Of a DNA stretch of 64,000 nucleotides, positions 60,421 to 64,000 are shown one piece after another. The notes beneath the pieces were generated by a model. That model searched no databases, had not been told where the DNA came from, and was given only the letters and a program-made list of their open reading frames with translations. Source of the DNA: Actinomycetota bacterium (GTDB lineage Bacteria > Actinomycetota > Actinomycetes > S36-B12 > UBA5976); the NCBI GenBank assembly GCA_041192345.1, contig JBEEND010000003.1, positions 1,054-65,053 of the forward strand, given 5' to 3'. The translations under genes were made by a program, and so were the position numbers. How positions within the stretch are numbered: position 1 is the first letter of the stretch; every line of letters starts with the position of its first letter.

Positions 60421-61955
60421 CCTTCGTCTAAATCGTCATCGCCTTCGGGAATGTATTCAGCAAAAACAAGTGGCTGCGAAATAAGGGATTCTTCTTCGTT
60501 GTTATCTAGCGGCGTAGTTTCGCTAAATTCACCAGTACCAAATTGGCGAATCCGGTGAATTGCAAGGCGTTCATCAGCTGAAAGTCTTCGCTTGTCATAA
60601 AGTCTTTGATCTGTACCGCGTGGACCTTGATGCAGGTCACCAACTGTTGGCGTCCAATCGAATACAACAGCGCTTGGACCATCACCAATCACGACGGTAT
60701 CGCCAGCAACTGCGCCGGCTTTTGATAACTCAATTTCAATGCCAGCGCGAGCCAAGCGATCCGCCAAATATCCGACGGCTTCATCATTTGCAAAGTCAGT
60801 TTGGTGAATCCAACGCTCTGGTCGCTCGCCAAGAACCCGATAGCGAACTTCATCAGCGCCGGCGTTTTCAACTCGAATACTAAATCCACTGTCATCTACT
60901 GACTTTGGAGTCACAATTACGCGAGGCCGATTTTCTGCGGCAGTGATTGCTTCAACTCGTGAGGCTTTTACGATTTCTGCTAGCGCAAATCCAAGTTCGC
61001 GTAAACCTTCATGACTCACAGCTGAAACTAAGAAAGTTTGATATCCACGTTCATGCAAATCTGGCAAAACAAATTCAGCAAGTTCTCGGCCCTCTGGGAT
61101 GTCAATTTTGTTTAGAACTACAACGCGTGGGCGATCTTCTAGCCCGCCATATTGCTTGAGTTCATTTTCAATTACGTCGAGGTCTGTGAGTGGATCGCGA
61201 TTTGGTTCTAGCGTTGCACAATCCAGAACATGAATAAGCGCCGCACATCTTTCAATGTGACGAAGGAATTCAAGTCCCAAACCCTTTCCTTCACTTGCCC
61301 CAGGGATAAGTCCTGGCACATCAGCCATTGTGAAAACCATTTCGCCAGAGCGCACCACACCTAAATGTGGTTCCAAAGTAGTAAATGGGTAGTCAGCAAT
61401 TTTTGGACGAGCAGCAGACATCGCAGCAATCAGCGAAGATTTTCCAGCACTTGGATAACCAACTAGGCCGACATCAGCAACGGTTTTAAGTTCTAAAATT
61501 ATGTCGCGAGTAATTCCTTTTTCGCCTAGTAAAGCAAAACCTGGTGCTTTTCGTTTAGTTGAGGCAAGCGCAGCATTTCCAAGTCCACCACGACCACCTT
61601 GCGCAATAACAAAACGGGTTCCGATACCGAGCATGTCGGTTAGGACCGTGCCGTCAGCTAGCGAAACAACGGTGCCTTCCGGAACGCTTAGTTCGAGGCT
61701 TTCGCCAAATGCGCCATTGCGATGATCGCCGTGGCCAGGCTTGCCATTGCCAGCACTGCGATGAGGGCTGCGGTGAAAATCCAGAAGTGTTGTGACAGAT
61801 GGATCCACAACTAGAACAACGTCGCCGCCATTGCCGCCATTGCCACCGTCAGGTCCACCTAATGGTTTGAATTTTTCGCGATGAACTGATGCGCAACCAT
61901 GACCACCATTGCCGCCTGAAGCATGGAGAGTCACTTGATCGATAAACGATGTCAT
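60417..61955 (-). CDS. obgE: GTPase Obg/CgtA
   Basis: ORF to 61970 (TTG) trimmed to the ATG at 61955, which has GAAAGGAG 6 nt upstream. FID.V.LH..GGNGG.G..S..REK, G domain [19 protein letters not shown]-terminal OCT-like domain and an acidic tail. Confidence 0.95.
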   Translation of the reverse strand: MTSFIDQVTLHASGGNGGHGCASVHREKFKPLGGPDGGNGGNGGDVVLVVDPSVTTLLDFHRSPHRSAGNGKPGHGDHRNGAFGESLELSVPEGTVVSLADGTVLTDMLGIGTRFVIAQGGRGGLGNAALASTKRKAPGFALLGEKGITRDIILELKTVADVGLVGYPSAGKSSLIAAMSAARPKIADYPFTTLEPHLGVVRSGEMVFTMADVPGLIPGASEGKGLGLEFLRHIERCAALIHVLDCATLEPNRDPLTDLDVIENELKQYGGLEDRPRVVVLNKIDIPEGRELAEFVLPDLHERGYQTFLVSAVSHEGLRELGFALAEIVKASRVEAITAAENRPRVIVTPKSVDDSGFSIRVENAGADEVRYRVLGERPERWIHQTDFANDEAVGYLADRLARAGIEIELSKAGAVAGDTVVIGDGPSAVVFDWTPTVGDLHQGPRGTDQRLYDKRRLSADERLAIHRIRQFGTGEFSETTPLDNNEEESLISQPLVFAEYIPEGDDDLDEG

Positions 61956-61968
61956 GATTTCTCCTTTC

Positions 61969-61997
61969 AAAAGAAAAGCGGGCCCGAGCGGGCCCGC
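61969..61997 (-). terminator. Rho-independent terminator between rpmA and obgE
   Basis: The minus strand reads GCGGGCCC-GCTC-GGGCCCGC followed by TTTTCTTTT, and the U-tract runs straight into the obgE RBS. Confidence 0.8.
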
Positions 61998-62020
61998 CTA
62001 ACTAAAAAATTCTTGCGGGA

Positions 62021-62293
62021 TTAATTAGCGACCGCTACACCCTGCACTGGAACGATGTTGATAACGCGACGACCACGACGGTTGCCGAATTCAACTGCTC
62101 CTGGTGCTAGCGCGAACAATGTGTCATCTCCACCGCGACCAACATTCTCACCTGGGTGAAAGTGTGTGCCACGTTGACGAACAATGATTTCGCCAGCATT
62201 AACTACTTGACCACCGAAACGCTTTACGCCTAAACGCTGGGCGTTTGAGTCGCGACCGTTTCTGGTACTGGAGGCACCCTTTTTATGAGCCAT
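62021..62293 (-). CDS. rpmA: 50S ribosomal protein L27
   Basis: 90 aa. [55 protein letters not shown]. Confidence 0.97.
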   Translation of the reverse strand: MAHKKGASSTRNGRDSNAQRLGVKRFGGQVVNAGEIIVRQRGTHFHPGENVGRGGDDTLFALAPGAVEFGNRRGRRVINIVPVQGVAVAN

Positions 62294-62302
62294 GAGTTAT
62301 AC

Positions 62303-62953
62303 CTACTTCTCTTTCTTCTTTGGAGCCGATGCAGGCGATTTCTTTGCCTTTGCATCGGAATTTGAGGATGCAGGAGCAGCCTTTTTAGCCGGAGCAGCCT
62401 TTTTAGCCGGAGCAGCTTTCTTTGCAGGAGCAGCTTTCTTTGCAGGAGCAGCTTTCTTTGCAGGAGCAGCTTTCTTTGCAGCCGATTCAGGCGCTTTAGT
62501 CGCCTTGGCATCGGAACTTGAAGATGCTGGCTTAGCAACAGCAGCTGTTGCTTCTTTTACAACCGGGGCAGCAGCAGCTTTTTTGACTGGAGCGGCTTTC
62601 TTTGCAACAACTGGCTTTACCTTTGCAGTTGCTTTATCGCCAGCAGCAATCTTTTCGCTACCAATGGAAATAATCTGAACTTCAGTTAAATCTGAACGGT
62701 GACCTTGACGACGACGGTAACCAGTTTTGTTCTTGTAACGAAGTATTTCAATTTTTGGTCCACGGTTATGGTCAATAACTTCAGCAGTAACAGTGACGCC
62801 CTTGGCATCTGCATTGACCTTGCTGCCATCAACGATCAAGACAGTTGGAAGTACCACGGTCTCCCCGCGTTTAGCTTGAACACGGTCAAGGGTAATTAGG
62901 TCGCCAACGGCAACTTTCTCCTGGCGGCCACCAGCACGAACGATCGCGTACAC
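62303..62953 (-). CDS. rplU: 50S ribosomal protein L21 with a long Lys/Ala/Pro-rich C-terminal extension
   Basis: 216 aa with a GTG start and an AAGGAGA RBS. The N-terminal ~100 aa is canonical L21 (MYAIVRAGGRQEKV..GD......V......V.L..VL.V.......). The rest is an AKP-rich low-complexity tail. Confidence 0.9.
   Translation of the reverse strand: MYAIVRAGGRQEKVAVGDLITLDRVQAKRGETVVLPTVLIVDGSKVNADAKGVTVTAEVIDHNRGPKIEILRYKNKTGYRRRQGHRSDLTEVQIISIGSEKIAAGDKATAKVKPVVAKKAAPVKKAAAAPVVKEATAAVAKPASSSSDAKATKAPESAAKKAAPAKKAAPAKKAAPAKKAAPAKKAAPAKKAAPASSNSDAKAKKSPASAPKKKEK
62370..62477 (-). repeat. Six tandem 18-bp units inside rplU encoding (KKAAPA)x6
   Basis: Units read directly at 62370, 62388, 62406, 62424, 62442 and 62460. 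Units 4-6 are identical (GCAGGAGCAGCTTTCTTT on the plus strand) and units 1-3 differ by 1-4 nt. Confidence 0.95.
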
Positions 62954-63039
62954 GAGGTATCTCCTTGAACTAATGCTTGTTTCGGGCGAAAACCCTAAGT
63001 CTTAAGCCTCATAAGGTTACGGACTCAAGGGCCTTAGGG

Positions 63040-64000
63040 TCAAACCGAGACAGGCTCTTCTGGGTTGGAATCGGAACTTAAGTGCGTGGAATTGTCTTGC
63101 GAGTGGTCGTGATTTCCTTGTTTTCCCTTATTTTTCGGAGTTTTTTCAGGATCGTGACCAGCCATGTTCACTACCGCACCCCGGCCTTGGCAGTGATCAC
63201 ATGATTCGCTGAATACCTCAAGGAGTCCAGCGCCAATGCGCTTTCGGGTCATTTGAACCAGGCCAAGTGAAGTTACTTCGGCGACTTGATGCTTAGTACG
63301 GTCTCGGCCTAAGCACTCAATTAATCTGCGAATAACTTGATCGCGGTTGCTTTCTAGCACCATGTCGATGAAGTCAATTACGATGATGCCGCCAATGTCG
63401 CGTAGTCGAAGCTGACGAACTATTTCCTCAGCTGCTTCCAAGTTGTTTTTAGTTACCGTCTGTTCCAGGTTTCCACCCGAACCGATGAATTTTCCGGTGT
63501 TCACATCGACAACTGTCATAGCCTCGGTGCGATCAATAACCAAGGAACCACCGGAAGGTAGGTAGACCTTGCGATCAAGCGCTTTTGCGATCTGTTCGTC
63601 AATTTGGTGCTCAGTGAAAACATCTGAGGTGCCAACATACTTTTCTAGGCGATCTGCAAGATCTGGGGCAACGTAAGAAACATATTGTTCAACCGTCTCC
63701 CAAGCGTCTGCGCCCGAGACAATAAGTTTCTTGACATCTTCGTTAAATATGTCGCGAACAACCTTGATCGAAATGTCTGGCTCACCGTAAAGCATTGTTG
63801 GTGGTGAAGCGGTTTTTGACTTCGCTTCAATGTCTAGCCACTGCGCAGCTAGTCTGGCTACGTCACGGCCTAACTCTTCTTCACTTGCTCCTTCTGCTGC
63901 AGTGCGAACTATCACGCCGCCGTCTTCTGGAACTACTGCCTTCAAGATTGTTTTTAGTCTTGAGCGCTCACGGTCTGGAAGTTTGCGCGAGATGCCTGTC
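63040..64000 (-). CDS. rne: Ribonuclease E/G (Rne), C-terminal part of the catalytic domain plus tail. The 5' end lies outside the window.
   Basis: The frame stays open to the window edge (hand-checked: ...TGISRKLPDRERSRLKTILKAVVPEDGGVIVRTAAEG). DNase-I-like/Zn-link region (VVDVNTGKF.G...LE.T..KNNLEAA.EI.RQLRLRD.GGIIVIDFIDM ... C..C.G.G). Confidence 0.9.
   Translation of the reverse strand, partial: TGISRKLPDRERSRLKTILKAVVPEDGGVIVRTAAEGASEEELGRDVARLAAQWLDIEAKSKTASPPTMLYGEPDISIKVVRDIFNEDVKKLIVSGADAWETVEQYVSYVAPDLADRLEKYVGTSDVFTEHQIDEQIAKALDRKVYLPSGGSLVIDRTEAMTVVDVNTGKFIGSGGNLEQTVTKNNLEAAEEIVRQLRLRDIGGIIVIDFIDMVLESNRDQVIRRLIECLGRDRTKHQVAEVTSLGLVQMTRKRIGAGLLEVFSESCDHCQGRGAVVNMAGHDPEKTPKNKGKQGNHDHSQDNSTHLSSDSNPEEPVSV

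Noticed and set aside
62370-62477. Regularly spaced 18-bp repeats as a CRISPR-like array
   Set aside because: The units are contiguous with no spacers, lie in frame within rplU and encode KKAAPA. This is a coding tandem repeat, not a CRISPR array.
62954-63039. rne terminator or L21-leader-like structure between rne and rplU
   Set aside because: An 8-bp stem (62992-62999 with 63033-63040) followed by UUUU exists on the minus strand, but it closes a poorly paired 33-nt loop and overlaps the rne stop codon. I cannot support a terminator or a conserved leader fold by eye.

Overview
A gene-dense (about 96% coding, mostly minus-strand) 64-kb stretch of an actinobacterial chromosome. The conserved backbone runs dnaG-dgt-dus-glyS, uppS-recO, era / ybeY-phoH, rsmE-dnaJ-hrcA-hemW, lepA / rpsT / holA-comEC-comEA-degV-leuS, then a gpgP-like phosphatase-rsfS-LCP-nadD and obg-rpmA-rplU-rne. 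This mirrors the Mycobacterium/Streptomyces gene order in compressed form. Tiny spacers, frequent start/stop overlaps and a moderate GC content (judged by eye, not computed) suggest a streamlined lineage such as freshwater planktonic Actinobacteria; that is inference only. Two accessory metabolic blocks interrupt the backbone, and each lies directly 3' of a tRNA gene. (1) 1-12016, next to tRNA-Asn, holds a CoxM/XdhC molybdoenzyme cluster, pirin, a cupin/class II aldolase/ureohydrolase/cupin operon, modA-modB with an HTH-TOBE regulator, GNAT, amidohydrolase, deoD and a GH25 lysozyme. (2) 42151-56562, next to tRNA-Ala, holds EamA transporters, an OYE reductase, argF, two aldehyde dehydrogenases, hutG | hutU-hutI-hutH, and a small operon of an AA_synth-family protein, EthD and a proline-racemase-like protein. 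I found no transposase, integrase, CRISPR array, toxin-antitoxin pair or recognisable defence system, and no convincing novel multi-gene system. The observations most worth a second look are: L21 with a roughly 115-aa AKP-rich tail built from 18-bp tandem repeats; the proline-racemase-like gene with a Ser/Cys catalytic pair and its two uncharacterised partners; the ureohydrolase/aldolase/cupin operon; an unexplained structured 126-nt spacer beside tRNA-Ala; a 15-bp triplication at the end of recO; and a terminator that abuts the obg ribosome-binding site. All protein calls rest on motif and family recognition by eye. No searches were run.
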